Source: Psammoneis japonica (Eukaryota). Taken from it: 36,278 nt of DNA. This document shows, piece after piece, positions 1 through 13,400 of the stretch (the stretch's first letter is position 1; every line of letters starts with the position of its first letter). The position numbers were made by a program, and so were the translations under genes. The notes below the pieces were generated by a model that saw only the letters and a list, made by a program, of their open reading frames with translations, was not told where the DNA came from and did not search any database. The DNA lies in the NCBI GenBank assembly GCA_008632985.1, contig QPGO01000377.1:1-36278 (forward strand), given 5' to 3'.

Positions 1-1500
1 GTGACTCAGCTTCTCCACGGGACAGTGTGGCAAGTTGTGCGTGGTGAAGGTCCCCATGACCACCAAGGCCAGGATGTTGCAGCATGCCAGGAAGGAGTCA
101 TCAGGGTCATTGCCAACACCATCTGTGTGCACCAGGCTTTAAGGCAGCACCACACACTCTTGTCAATGCAGCATGCAAACTTGAGAAGGAAGGATTTGTC
201 GTGTTGCAACATGCTGTCACAGTTGCCCTCATTGTCAGCTGCATGAGCAAGGATGGCATGCAGGTTGACAACAATGGGGCTGTTGTCTCCCAGCACCACC
301 AAATGCTGCCAAATGCAGCAAAAGGTGGTGATCATCTTGGCCAGCATGTTGACATTGCATGGGATGAGAAGGATGACCTTTGCAGCCTTGGTGATGTTGG
401 CATCTGAGAGGCCTGTTCCTTCTTTGGTTTTCAGGTGGAAAGACATGATGTCCTGGGGGTTGGAGCCCAGCATCTTTTCTGGGAAGCACAGGCAAAGACA
501 ATGCAAGCCTCAGGGAAGTCAGTCATTGTCTGCCACAGTTTCCCTGGACATGGTGCCTGGCATGTGGACAGTGGGAGGCTGATGTTGCACTTGTGCATGT
601 TGTTGAGCACATGATCCATCTGCTGTTTGACTGCAGCACTTGAAGACTGGTCCAGCAGTTCAAAGCAGGTCACCACTGCTGGTTCTTTCCATTCAGCCAC
701 AAAATTGCCATCAGCGTTGACTGTCCCCAGTGGCACAGAGGCTAAGAAGCATTGAGGATCATGCCCCAAACCCAAGCCAAAACAATCTTGTTGAACTTGT
801 TCCCAGAGAACTTGGGACCAGCCACACTTCACTGTGTTCTTCCACCAAGTTCTTGAACAAAAGGGTGAGAGCCTGGCCAAATTGCTGAAAGGCAGCCTCC
901 AGTGCCAATGCTGTGCCAGATGGGGATGTGGCCATGCCAGCAGTGGTGGCATTGTTGCCAGCAGGGAGGCCTCCTCCCTGTGGTTGCAGAGGATGCCCAA
1001 CTCACAGAGTGTTGAGTGCAGTGCCTTTTATCTTCTGTAGAACTTGGATGGCCAGGTGACAGAGGCTTCTTTCGGTGTCCTTGGCATTGGCTTTGACAAT
1101 GGCCCCAGCTAAAAAATGTGGGATGGTGATGGTGCGGCACATGGTGCAGGCTTCAGTGGCTTCCTGAGGTGCGGTTGGCAACTTGATGTGTCTGCTGATG
1201 ACCTTGCTAATTCGAATGTAGTCCAGCAATCCGGAACTGCCACAGGCGTGTCATGGTCAACACACTGGAAGCACGAGTTGGTGGGCAGTGTGACTGGCAT
1301 TGTTGCATGAGTGCCGTGTTGACTGTTGGGGGGGCCTTGAGGTCAACTTGCAGCTAATGGACAAGCTTCACATTCCCTGGGGTGCTGAGGATAAGTCCCA
1401 CCAAGTCTCTGGACACCAACATCTCTGCATGGCATCATGCCTCGGCAGAGAGGTCATTGTTAAAGAACGAGGCAAAACACTCTGCGGCCTCCATGGGATG
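1..1500 (-). pseudogene. Degenerate TE-associated ORF (gag/ORF1-like relic), running off the left edge
   Basis: Minus-strand ORF fragments (1002-1229, 431-1000, 6-506) read as protein-like segments such as VLGDNSPIVVNL..ILAHAADNEGNCDSMLQHDKSFLLKFACCIDKSV, broken by stops and frameshifts. Strong CpG/TpA depletion like the other repeats. Family not identifiable with certainty. Confidence 0.35.
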
Positions 1501-1687
1501 CATGTAAAAAAAATCACACCATCCATGGGTCTGACAAAGCCATTGGCGTTGCAACAACGAGAGGCTGCAACAAGAATGGCTAGTCGAGACAAGAGCTCGC
1601 TGCTAGCTGCTATCCTCGCTCCAACTTCGACGCCAACCAAGCAAGTGCGGTGGGCGATTGATCTCTCCTCGCTCACGCAGTAGGTTC

Positions 1688-1850
1688 TACCGGTGCCGGT
1701 AGACTCTTAGGTATCTCACGCGCCTCGCTACCGTACGTACTACAGTATTACCGTTATGTACCGGCATGTCTTCACACACTCTAGCACACCCCAAACCTGC
1801 CGCACCTACTGCTGTTCCACCTCCCACTTGTTCCCGCGTACCGTAGTACT
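1688..1850. promoter_or_regulatory. Putative promoter of the cis-prenyltransferase with TACNGTA motif cluster
   Basis: TACCGTA 1729-1735, TACAGTA 1741-1747, TACCGTA 1839-1845, plus inverted repeat CTACCGG-TG-CCGGTAG near 1687-1702, directly upstream of the gene. Confidence 0.4.
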
Positions 1851-1872
1851 TACAATATGGTAGCGATTAAAG

Positions 1873-3196
1873 ATGATTAGTCATATACTTAGCGTATTGG
1901 GTTCACCCGAAGTTGACCTAGAATCGCCGGATGGTTTGGTCGATTTGGTTACGCCAGTTGACAACTCAAGCAATCGCCTTACTGAAGTCCTTTGGCCGGA
2001 TTGTCAAGTTGAACCAGCCCTCCATTGTCGCACAATATGGATGATTATTTTGACCGGCGCTAAATCGATGATCGAGCAACTTCGACAGTTGTACGATGAT
2101 AATCCATCACTGTGTGCATTGTTTGTGGGAATTTCTATTGGGTTTATTGTTGGACGTGCATGGGAAAACAGGCACAATCTGAGATCCCGTGCAGAGGAAG
2201 CCATTTTCAACTCACAACTTGCGTCACTAGTCGTGGCGATGCTTTGCCGAGTGCCCAATATTATCTCAGAAAGAAGTAACCTGGACAACGTAGAAATAGC
2301 GGAATATGACAACAGCTCGGACGACTGTATTCAAGAGAATAGAGTGACGATCACAGCTACCCCAAAACATGTCGCCGTCATTATGGACGGAAATCGACGC
2401 TATGGTCGGGCCAGATATGGAAATGTGGCCAAGGTTGGTTAACTCGTGCAAAGATGCAAGACGAACAGCCGCTCCTTTTCTTACCGCAGCCTGATAAAAT
2501 CTGTTTCATAGGGACATCTTGATGGTGCAAAAACTCTCGTGGATTTTGCTGAATGGTGCACCGAAGAGGGGATTGAAGTGTTAACTGTTTATGCATTCTC
2601 AACAGAGAATTGGAATCGAGATCCCTCAGAAATAGCGTCGCTAATGTCACTTTTTCGTGTATACTGCGAGGAATTACTTGTTAAGGCTAAACAGAGAAAC
2701 ATCCGATTGTGTGTCTTGTCGACGGAAACTGAAAGGGTGAGTGAATGATCCTTGTATTCCAGTTGCTATGTCTCTAGTCTTAACTCTATTGTTACAGATA
2801 CCTCTAGATGTAATGGAAGGGCTGAAGCGGATGACGAAAGAGACGGAGCATTGTGATGGAGGATTGACAATGAATATCTGTCTTAGTTATGGTGGACGAG
2901 GCGAGATTGTGAATGTTTGCAAGCAACTAGCTTCTGAGGTACTTGACGGCACATTACAGGTCGACTGCATCTCTGAAAAGGATGTACGGGACCGGTTATT
3001 GACATCTCACTTTTCGGATCCTGATGTGGTGATTCGTACGTCTGGTGAATTCCGTCTAAGCAACTTCCTACTGTGGCAGTCTGCATACTCGGAGCTTTTT
3101 TTTATCCCGAAGCAGTGGCCTCAACTGAAGAAAGAAGATTTGATGTCTGTCATTCATACCTATTCTAAGGGGCGTCGAAGGCGATTCGGAAAGTAG
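1873..3196 (+). CDS. cis-prenyltransferase (undecaprenyl/dehydrodolichyl diphosphate synthase family); 3 exons: 1873 (or 2041/2068)-2433, 2512-2736, 2798-3196
   Basis: All family motifs present: PKHVAVIMDGNRRYG, GH.DG, LTVYAFSTENWNR, LSYGGRGEI, DPDVVIRTSGEFRLSNFLLWQSAYSEL and C-terminal RRFGK (RxG). GT-AG introns 2434-2511 and 2737-2797 join the three ORFs in frame. Hydrophobic N-terminal segment (LCALFVGISIGFIVG). Start codon uncertain. Confidence 0.93.
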
Positions 3197-3532
3197 TGAT
3201 GCTATTCGTTGGTGGATGACTTCGTTGGCCGTGGCGTCTGCTTCACCCGGGCAATGTTTTCCAGGACATCAGAAGCGTTAACCTTGAGAAGAACGACTTC
3301 TGCTGGTAGACTTGGTTGTCTCAGTCCTGATACCTGTTTCTACTCGACGTCCTTATCGCTGGCGACCGAGTATGGCACAGGGGAAGACAATCAGACGACG
3401 TCGTCCGCGGACCGAATATTAGAACATATATGCTCGTAGTTGAAAGAATATGTAGTAGTTCCACCTAAAACAATGACACCATTCGAGTGAAGAAGTTATT
3501 CCACCGATGCCGACGGCACGCTATTCGAATAA

Positions 3533-6196
3533 TTACCCCGTGGAAGAGGAACGAGATGCAGACATGCTAACAGCAGCGGTGCCAAGCATTTGACGAAGCC
3601 AACCAGCAATTCGGTCCCTGCGGCCTCCTTTTGAAACGCCTCCCCAAAGCACCCCCATTCCAACAGCTACAGCAATGCTTACGCTAACAAGCCCTCCGAG
3701 CCAAAGCATTCTTTTCTTCTTCATTGCTGCTTCTCGTCTCCTCCGCTCTGCAAGCGGTATTGACCGTAACTTTTCCACCCCAACTTCCTCGATTACAGAT
3801 CGCGCCAGATGGCGGAGCACCTGACTGCGAGATAGTTTCGCAGGAGAATTTTCCGTGTCAAGCGACATATCCGAAATAGAAACAAGCAGAGGCGGTTCCA
3901 GATCAGACTTAACACAGTGCTGCGCTGCTGCGTGGCTCACAGACGAAGAGGTTCCATCGTCTTCGTCTTTGTGTTTTTCATCACTAGTGCCGATCTTCGT
4001 GGTTCCTGCGTCCTTTACTCCAACAAAAACTCTTGGAATCGAGTCTTTCAGCAGTGAAGTCTCAGCGCTTTTTGCATATAGGAAACTCTTCAAGTCTCTA
4101 CAGTCAAAAGCCAGAACCACGGAGTCAAAGTCATGATTGTTCAGACCCAACATATGCGCAGAGCCGATGACTCCATGGTCATCAGACAGTAATGGTTCGC
4201 CTCCAGGAATCTCAGTAAATATCATATGGACAACAACTTCTTCATGCAAACAGTCCACACTGCCAACTTTAGCCTCAAGCTTCCGACGCAACCTCACGGA
4301 GGACACGCCCGTCTCTGGTTTGGGTGTATTCGAAGAACTAGATGCCGCTGCTTTCGAGGTCTCAGACACTTTGAGGCGGCACAGCGCATTAATTAACGCG
4401 GTCTTTCCGGAGCTCTGGTTGCCGATCACTAAGATCCGGGCCTCACGAGAACACAGGGCTTCCGATACGTCTCTCTGAATCCGCGACGATAACGACCCGC
4501 GTTTCGATAGTTTTTTCGTTATTCGCGTTGCATCCTCAATATGTCCGAGACGATACAATTCAACACGTGTAGTAGATGGGCAAATGGAGGCTATCATATG
4601 CCAATGCCCCATCCATTCTGAAAAAGACATCGGACTAGACACTAGCAAAGCGTCTTCGTGTAAGCTGGAAACATCAACCGATGGTAAAGAAGCAGCGCTG
4701 CATATTGTGATACCAGAAGCTGAGAGCGACGACGAAAGGCCGATTGCATCATTGGAAGCCTCACTTCTTTCAAGTCCAAGTCGAGGTATCGAGAAGCAAC
4801 CCTCAAAAATGGTGGGAGCGCGGACTGGATGCCACGGTGGAAGCGAAGGCTCTGGAACTATTGAAAATATTGCTCGAACGTCCCCAAAAGACAAGAAGCC
4901 ATCACTGTCTGAATCAAACTGGTGAAAAATTGACGCAAGAAAATGCCTGGCAGACGGCGAGAGCCGCCAATTCTTTGCATCTTTGCCATCCAACGAATGA
5001 GTCAAAGACAAGGGTATTTGTAGGTTCAGTTGGTCATCATATCCAAAGTAGCGCAAGGCTCTCCACGGAGATTCCAGACGATTTTGCGTAATGAAAACTT
5101 CGAAAATCGCCAAGAAACCAGCCACTGTGAACTTTCCATCCTGTACAACAGCCTCCTCAGAAGTGTTGTTTCGTGATACAACTTTCTTCCAGCCGGTGAA
5201 GTCTCGTTCAACCAACCTCACAGGGAATGCCTGACACTGAAATTCATCTAACTCATCGTTATTTAACAGCCCATCATTGTCTCGATCATACATTCGAAAT
5301 ATGCGAGTCAACGCGCGACGACAATCCACCGTAAGCAGTGCAGTTGACAGATCATACAGAGGAGATATAGGAAAGATCACCGCATGTTGTGCTTTACGGA
5401 AAACCTCGTCAATGTGTAGGAGGTTCTTTGCGCTACACTTTATCCATTGCAGTACAAACTTGAACCGTTGCAGCAGGGAATTTATTTTCTGTCGAGAACG
5501 CAACAGAGTCTGCTCATCTGTGATTCCAGCACTACTGGAAGGTCGAAAGAGATCCATCTTATTGCCTGCCACGATGACTGGCAGCTATTCAATAAAAGAA
5601 ACTATAAGCCAATAGAGCGAAAACATGGAACCCTAAGCAGCTCAGACGTACCTCTCCATTGTAGCTACGTTCAATCAACGGAAGCCAATGATTTTCCAGA
5701 CGGTAGAATGTCTCGACACGATCAAGGTCGTACACGAGAACAATTGAGTCAACATGTTCAATGCCTGCGACAACACCGCTTGATGTGTTGTACCCGGGCA
5801 AAGCGGTGTCAGCCGTAGTAGTTTTCTGAACAAGCGAAGAGAGTGAGCTGGATGAATCAGCGGGGGGAGGTAACGACATGGCCGTCACGGCAGAAATAAG
5901 AGCAGCATCTCCTCCCTGAGAATCGACGATGGTTGTGATACAAGGGGAGTCGGGCTCGGGGGGCAACCGCACGTGAGTCATGATTCCGGGGACCCCCTCC
6001 GAGAAATGCCTCGAAACATAAGTGGAGATCAAAGAAGATTTTCCGACGCCCTCTAAGAAAGAACAAAATCACATGAGAACGCTGAAGTCGGTGGGCAATA
6101 CCACGACGCACCGAGCTCACCATCTCCTAGGACCAGCACAGTGATGGATTTCCGGCTGTCAGGGTCGTTGCCGACACCACCTGTGGAATTATTCAT
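3533..6196 (-). CDS. MIRO: Mitochondrial Rho GTPase Miro (RHOT/Gem1 family); 3 exons: 6196-6121, 6052-5652, 5584-3533; ~842 aa
   Basis: Splicing restores the P-loop ITVLVLGDEGVGKSSLISTYV. Also VLVYD...WLPLI, AGNKMDL and CSAK; EF-hands DRDNDGLLNNDE and DSDSDGFLSFGD; ESPWRALRYFGYDD linker; second GTPase GNQSSGKT; C-terminal transmembrane anchor (LWLGGLVSVSIAVAVGMGVLW). GT-AG introns 6120-6053 and 5651-5585. Confidence 0.94.
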
Positions 6197-6368
6197 TCTA
6201 GTTTTGACTGCTCCGCCTGCAGAACTATGCTCTCTACTCCCTACTAGAGTAGTAGCTAGAGAGTAGAGAACAGTGCGTTGCACCTTCAACTTCCATACAC
6301 GGTTGTCCCCGCGTAAAGAAGGCACGCACGCACGGCGGTATTTTACGAAACATTTTATGGCCTCTCTC

Positions 6369-6455
6369 TACAGTAGTACATAACCTTACTACGGTACCAT
6401 ACGGTAGCTACTGTACCACGGCCGGCCGGCTCCTGTTTATCCTAAAATTACCGTA
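6369..6455. promoter_or_regulatory. Putative Miro promoter with TACNGTA motif cluster
   Basis: TACAGTA 6369, TACGGTA 6390 and 6400, TACTGTA 6409, TACCGTA 6449, all 170-260 bp upstream of the Miro ATG. Confidence 0.4.
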
Positions 6456-8209
6456 GCATTTGAATAAGGTTTTATGGTTTTTTAATACAAAATAGATTTA
6501 AAATGTCACATCTCAAACTTTCATCATGGTTTGGCATTGTTTCTGCCCCATGCCGGTAGAGTGCAAGACAGCTGAAACAGCATCAAAATGGATTTATCTT
6601 CAAATTTCTTAAGGAGTGAACAGAGCAGCATGAAATGTGGTGGTTGCCATCTGACATGTCATCAAAGCACGGCCATTTGCTGTTGTCTTGATGTGGCTGA
6701 CTTCAGGGGCTGCACAATGTCAAGAAGACACAACATCCACAGTGATTGCAATGCACTGTGCTGTGTGGAGGACAGAGAATGCACAGTGCCAACAGATCTT
6801 TGATTTGTCTCAGACAAATGTTTTGTGTTTTCTACTATGACACAACCTTCACTGCACCAAAAACGAATCAATGGCTGAATTTTTTGTGCTAAAAAATTGA
6901 CTTCACAAAAAGCCTCACTCCAATGCCACAGCAATTGTGGGATAAATGTGGGGATAACCCCATTAAGGTGGGCCAGTTGCTCTCTATTTAGTGTGAATTT
7001 GGCCCAAATCATGGCTCATGATTTTCTGCCAAAAAGTTTTGCCACACTTGCAACACAGCAACCATGGCAACTTTGGATGATCCAGGTGAGTGCAAGAATG
7101 GAGGGGGGCCAACTCTTGATCATTTTACATCCCTTGTGCATCAAAGGTCAGATGCACATTAAAAGTTGGTGGATGCTCTGCTGCATTTTGGAGAATGAAT
7201 GGTGCGCATGCCAACTTGCACCACGATGACTCATCTGCATCACACTCATCCTCTGTTGCTTTTCATTTTCTCACAGAGGAGCGCACGGAGGCAAGGCAAA
7301 GAAATGCCACAACAAACCTCAAGACACAAGACAAAGAGTCTCAACAGAGTTGTGGCAGGGTGAGAACATCTGAGAAGAAGACCTCAGTGCTGTTGGTTTG
7401 CTGCCAGCCAACCTTTTGCAACATGTCCACATTGTGCTCATGCTGTGTTGCTTTTCTTTTTTGTCACACTCAGGAAAGGCAAAAACATGCCACAAAATGA
7501 TGAAAACACAAGATGAAAGACAGACTTGTCAAGTGTTGATGTTTCCAAGGTCCACAAATGGAGCAGTCACTGCTCAGAGCATTTTTTAACAACCCAATTC
7601 AAGATTTTTTGCCACATGCAGCATGAGATTCAGAGAGCTCTGCACAGGTTCCAGAAGGACATCATTGACACTTGTGTGAAGAGCTTCTCACTGCTGGATG
7701 CTGCACTCTTGCTTGTTTGCTTGGCAAATGGATGGCATTCAAAGTCATGTTGATGTGCAGTGTGTTGCTCACTTTGCACATCTTCACAAATTCTTTTCTC
7801 CAGGATTGCCAAAAATGTGACACAAGATTCACAATGGTGTGGGAGAGGCCAGGACAGCAACAACCATGCAATGCTTCTCCAGTTGCCTGGTGCCACTACA
7901 TTCATGGTGTAAAAATGTGTGTGATGCTTTTCTTGTTGAGGCCAGTGGTCTTGTCAAATCTGCCCCACCTGTCAGTGAATCACAATGCTTCCATGCAGTT
8001 GTGCTTTCCCTTCAAAACTGCCTCTGTTGAGACCTCTGTGATGAGGAGGCAAAAGGTGCATCTCTTACACTCTTGGAAGATGTGGGTGGCAGTTGATTTG
8101 CCACCATACCTGCTTCTTAGGAAGCCACTCCAGCAGCAAACACAGCAATGCATTTTCTCAGCTTTTGCACTCAGCCATGTTGATCCACTCAGTTGTCATT
8201 GCATAAGAA

Positions 8210-8850
8210 ATTGCACACATTGACTTGTCTTCAAATCACAAACAAGAGCAACAATGCTGTCCCATCACAAATTGTTTTCTTCTCATTTCCTCATGAGCCA
8301 CATGGGTTGCAGTGTGCTCACAATGCCATGAAGGATTCACTTGTTCAAATGTTGTTGGCATGTGACAAAGAGAAGCTGACATGCCAAAGTGTGCCACTCA
8401 ATGATGGGATTTGGATTTAGGGCATGAGGTGATTTCTTCTTCACAGACACTCATCCTCTGATCTGAAATCATGAGCTGATGCGGGCAAAACATGGGCTGA
8501 AAAAGTTGGGGATGACCCCCCTCAAGGCAGATTGCACACATTTAACTTGTCTTCAAATCACAAACAAGAGCAACAATGCTGTCTTGTCACAAATCATTTT
8601 CTTCTCATTTCCTCATGAGCCACATGGGTTGCAAAGTGTGCTTGCAATGCCATGAAGGATTCACTTGTTCAAATGTTGGCATGTGACAAAGAGAAGCTGA
8701 CATGCCAATGTGTGCCACTCAATGATGAAATTGGATTTTGGGCATGAGGTGATTTCTTCTTCACAGACGCTCATCCTCTGATCTGAAATCATGAGCTGAT
8801 GTGGGCAAAACATGAGCTGAAAAAGTTGGGGATGACCCCCCTCAAGGCAG
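8210..8850 (+). repeat. Tandem duplication, ~320 bp x2, within decayed TE-like sequence
   Basis: 8210-8530 and 8531-8850 both start ATTGCACACATT and end CTCAAGGCAG; many of the differences are CA<->TG or CG->CA/TG. Confidence 0.95.
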
Positions 8851-9479
8851 CCATGTGCCACAAATTAAATGCCACAAGGCTGTGCTTGGTTTCTTGTTGG
8901 TGCAGGGCTGATTGTTGAGAAGATGGCAACTCCTCTGGCATGCCAGATGGTGGTGTGGATTTCCATGCTGCAAGTTGTCTGGTTGCATTCACCAGATTCT
9001 GGCCCATCTGGATGGCTTTCATGATTTTTGTCAGTTGTGTTTTGTGAAAAGCATTTGACCAAATGCTGCATTGCCTTTCATCAGTGCAGAGTCTCCACTT
9101 GCACTCTGTCTGAGGTGTCATCCTGAGAAGACATCCAGGTGATGCACCAAAAGATGCATGAAACACTGTGCACATTCAACCAATCATTGAAGTGACAAAC
9201 CATTTTACGCTTCTTTGTGGGAAGTGGGAACACCCAAGCTAAAGCAACCACACCTCCAACTCTGATGCCATCAGAGCATCATCAAGTTTGCTTGTCACAC
9301 CCATTTTTGTTGAGCACTCTCCACTGGCTCTGCCAGCAGTTTTGTTGAGCCCCCAGCATTTAATTGTTGCCACAGATCATTTTGTGGATATGCCACACAT
9401 GCCACCATCTCAGGCACTGCTCCTCACCCTGTGGCCCTCCTGAGACCCAAGACAGCTCTCCATTGACAGCTCCGAGCAA

Positions 9480-10320
9480 CCTGAATGACATGGTGAACAT
9501 TCCCAAGGGTACTCAGCATCTGATCATTGAGCCATTTGCTCCATGGCCCTGATGTTTGCTGCTCTGCAATGTCCAACATGGACTCATGCGAGCCTCCTGC
9601 CCCCAAGCATGGTGGATTGGCAATGACAGGGTCCTCTGATTGTGTGGCCTGGACTAGAAGCAAGCCCCAGGCTGACTGGTCTGGTCTCAACCCTCCTGCT
9701 GCCACTGCACTGTCATCAACCAACCAACAACAACACTCTCATCATGCCAGCACCACCCAAAAGAGCAAGGCCTGTCACACTGTGGTTCTTGCCACCCATT
9801 TTGCCAAGCAAGGAGACCTGCCAACATTTGAGAGGAATGCAATGAATCATCTAAATGACTGTGGAACAAATGCCATCATGCTTGTCTCCCAGATCCCAAG
9901 AACCTGAACACTGTGAGATGCTGTTTGGCCAGACACTTGAAGTGTGCCAAGACAAGCACCACCACCCTGATTGCCCCTCATCATCTCAACTGTGAATCCT
10001 GTCCTCATGCTGACAACAAAAATGCTGTTGCTTCCCAACAGCATCACTGGATCTGGATCTGATCAGCAAGCTTGATTTTGAGGTTGAAGACACCAACTCA
10101 ATCCCTCAGGTCTGGATGGCATTCATCATGGCTCTTTGCAGTCCATCCATTGAGTGCTTCAACAAGCTCAAAAAGGATGTTAAAAAGTGCAGCCTGCCCC
10201 AGCATCCTGGATGGGACCTGTTCTTGCTCTCCAAGGACTTGAAGACCAACACACAAAAGAGCCAGACACAACTGGCCAGTGCAAACATCATGCACTATGT
10301 CGAGGGGTCATGCTGGTGAA
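9480..10320 (+). mobile_element. Ty1/Copia-type gag relic
   Basis: Fragments PKHGGL..CVAWTRSKPQADWSGL, DLPTFERNAMNHLNDCG..I and SIECFNKLKKDVKKCSLPQHPGWDLFLLSKDL resemble diatom Copia (CoDi-like) gag. Heavily frameshifted; recognised by eye only. Confidence 0.4.
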
Positions 10321-10499
10321 AACAATGACATCACATTTGCAATGTCAGAACATCTGATCTAGTTTGTCTGCATCACATCTGAATTCTCAATGGGCAGTTG
10401 TGCTGTCCAGCATTGCATTTTCACGGCTCGGCCCTTCCACAAAATCTGACGTTGCACAATTGGATGTGACATAGAATCATCATGCAATGACTGGCAATG

Positions 10500-13400
10500 C
10501 TGCACTGTTTTACTGGTCATCGGATGACACTGTTTGTTGCTGCTGCTGCCAAATTCTGCACCATCTGCTGCAGCACCAGATTCCATTCATGCAACATCAC
10601 ACTTCCATCATCTTTTTTGTTTCTTCTGGAGATGCTCCCTGTCTGCAACTGTTGGTCACTGCAAGGAATGCAATGTGCCACCCCGCAGCACCCATTGTTT
10701 TTCACATCACACATGCAACCCGCTGCATGTTTTGCAAGCTTTGCATTTGAAACCAACAAGCTCCTGGGATGTCTCACACTGTTTGAAGTGTGATAACTTG
10801 GTGTGGTTGTGCACCTTGCACTCCATGTAGCATGTGATTCTTCACCTGTCCTTTGGGTTGGTGCAGCCAAAGCACGGTGTTTTTTGTTGTCCAACTGCAA
10901 TGAGCATGTCTTGTGGCACTTGTTGCCACAGTTGACACAAGGTGTTGCTCCATTCTCCAATGTTTCCTTGCATGCGCAGCATGTTCATTACTCCTGTTCT
11001 TGGTCAGTGTCCTTTTCAGCCTCTTCCTCTTCAACTCTTTACCAACACTCCTCCACCAACTCTTTGCCAATGTTTTCTTCTGGCTCCCACATTTTTTGGT
11101 TTGTGACCCAAAGTACGAGATGCTTGTTCTGGCGCTTCCTGCATCTGAGCAATGCCTTGACTGACCGTTGATCCTCCTCAAGTTCCTCCAGCTTGTTGCC
11201 TGTTTCATTGGTGGCTCTTTCCTTGGTGGCATTTGCATCGTCACCTGTTTTGTCAGTGGCATTCGACAGTTGTGTGTCATTGTCTTTGCTCATTTTGCCA
11301 TTTGATTTTTTCTTGCCGGTGCCACTGCCTACATTAATTGTGTTTGCTTTCTCACAAGTCCCTTCTTTACTTTTTTTGTTCGTCATTTGCTTTTTGGATC
11401 CCTTCCCTTTCTTGGAGCTCTTCTTGTTTCCCTTCTTTCTCTTCTTCTCCCTTGCTTTCACAGCCAGCAACCCCCGCCCAACAGTGCCCTCCATGATCAT
11501 GTTGTTGAACTGTCTCCTTTCTGCCACGATGTAGTTGACTGTTGCAGTTGGATTCTTTTGGATGTTCTGTGAAGAGTTGGTTGAGTTCCTCTTTGTTAAA
11601 CAAGTGGTCGGGTCCCTGCTCTTCTTTGGTTTCTTCTGAGTCGGTGCCTTCATTTGTTGTGTGGTCTCCCATTGCATTCTTCTTTCCCCGTGTCAATTCT
11701 GCCCTTGCTTCCTTTGTTGCCTGTGAAACTTGTTCAAATTCTGGTCAGAGAAGGACACGACAAGACAAAAACTGCATGGCACACTCACCTCTTGAATGTC
11801 ATGCTGCATCTCTGCCTGCCTTGTTTCTGGTTCTCTGTTTCAAAGCAAATCCTGGTGTTGACCTTGATCCTCCTTTCTGTCCATGTTTTCAGCATGGTCC
11901 CCTGTGCCTCCAACACCTGCTTCCTCCCACGCCCATGCTCTCTCCAACCCTTGGTCATCAGCACTCCCAGAAAATGATCCTGTCTCATGTTCCACACCCT
12001 CGCTGTCACTGTCATTGATTTCTGTTGGAACTGTGATTGAATCTCAGTGTGCCACCCCATCCGTTTTGGTGTTGCCATTGTTTCTTCTGGCTTGATCACT
12101 GTTCCAACATTGGTGTGCTGTCCAGTCGTTGTTTGCAGGATGACTTGATGTTGGAACAGTGTTTGCATCTCTGGGTGCTGCCCACTTGTTGTGTGCAGGA
12201 CCATGCAGTGTTGGAACAGTGTTCAAATCTCGGCGTGCTGTCCAGTCGTTGTTGGCAGGACCCTGCAGTGTTGGAATGGTGTTTGAATCTTGGTGCACTG
12301 TCCAGCAGTTGTTTGTCAGACAACTTGGTGTTGGAACATTGGTTGAATCTTGGGGCACTGTCCACTCCTTCTCAGTGGGATGACTCACTCTTGGAGTGGT
12401 GTTTGAGTCTTGGCATGCCATCTGCTCCTTGGCAGGGTAACCCAGTCCTCCACTGGCAATCCGCAGTTTCAATCTGTCACTGCCAAAGTCCAAGGCCTCT
12501 TCTACCTGTCTTGCAGCATTTGCTTCAAAAATGACTGTCTTGAACTGGCCAAATTTGATGCCACCGTCCTTGCAATGTGGCATCTTTGGCAGAATGGTGC
12601 AGTCTACATTGTGCTCTCTTGGCAACCTTGAAACATGCTTTGGTGACTTCATGACCATTTTCTCAAAGTGGAAAACTGCAACAGTTCTCCTTTCTAGGGT
12701 CATGTCAACCCATTTGGTGCTGTTCCTGATGCTGAGGCAGTGTCCACAACAGTGGGTTTTCAGAGAATCATTCAGTTCCCTTGTCTTGCGTGTCTTTTCT
12801 GCTGCAACAATTTTCGTGCCACAACTGTGCTTCTTTCTGTGGGGAACAAAGCCATCTGAATGCTTGTAGCCATGTTCCCTCCAAGTGACTTTCTCCATGT
12901 TCAACAACCAATCGGATGTGGAAGGCAGCACTCCATCCCACCCACATTGGTCTCTCGGCTGTCCATTTTGCGGCATCTCAGAACTTGCTCTCATTTTCTC
13001 TCATGCCACAAGCTGCTGACACCACCAACAGCATTGCCTCAATGTTGTTAATGGCATCCTTCTTTATCTTCTTCATGAAAGAGTCATGCTTCTTCTTGAC
13101 AGATTCCCTGTCAGTCTCGTCAGCCACCTTTGTGGAGCTTGCTCCATGGCATTTCTTGACAAGATGAGTGATGTGATCTTCCATTGCTGCCTTGCTTTGT
13201 ATGTTGTCATGGTCAAACAGCAGAGTGATGCTGTGGTCTGTTTTTCCTCTCTGAACATCCAGTGCCTCTTGATGGCAACCTTGCCATTGCTGCTGTTTCC
13301 TCCAAAGGTGCTCGTGATGTCCCAGAGAGCCCGTGCCATGGTTGCCAGACTCATTTTGTTCCTTCTTGTGGGTGCAACAGCAACATCTCCAACGTGCTCT

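Noticed and set aside
3209..5818. Plus-strand ORFs overlapping Miro, and the ORF 3209-3439
   Set aside because: Antisense shadows of a real coding sequence or 3' UTR sequence; no recognisable motifs.
12100..12425. CRISPR-like array
   Set aside because: Units are contiguous 60-bp degenerate repeats with no unique spacers, in-frame in an ORF, in a eukaryotic context with no cas genes.
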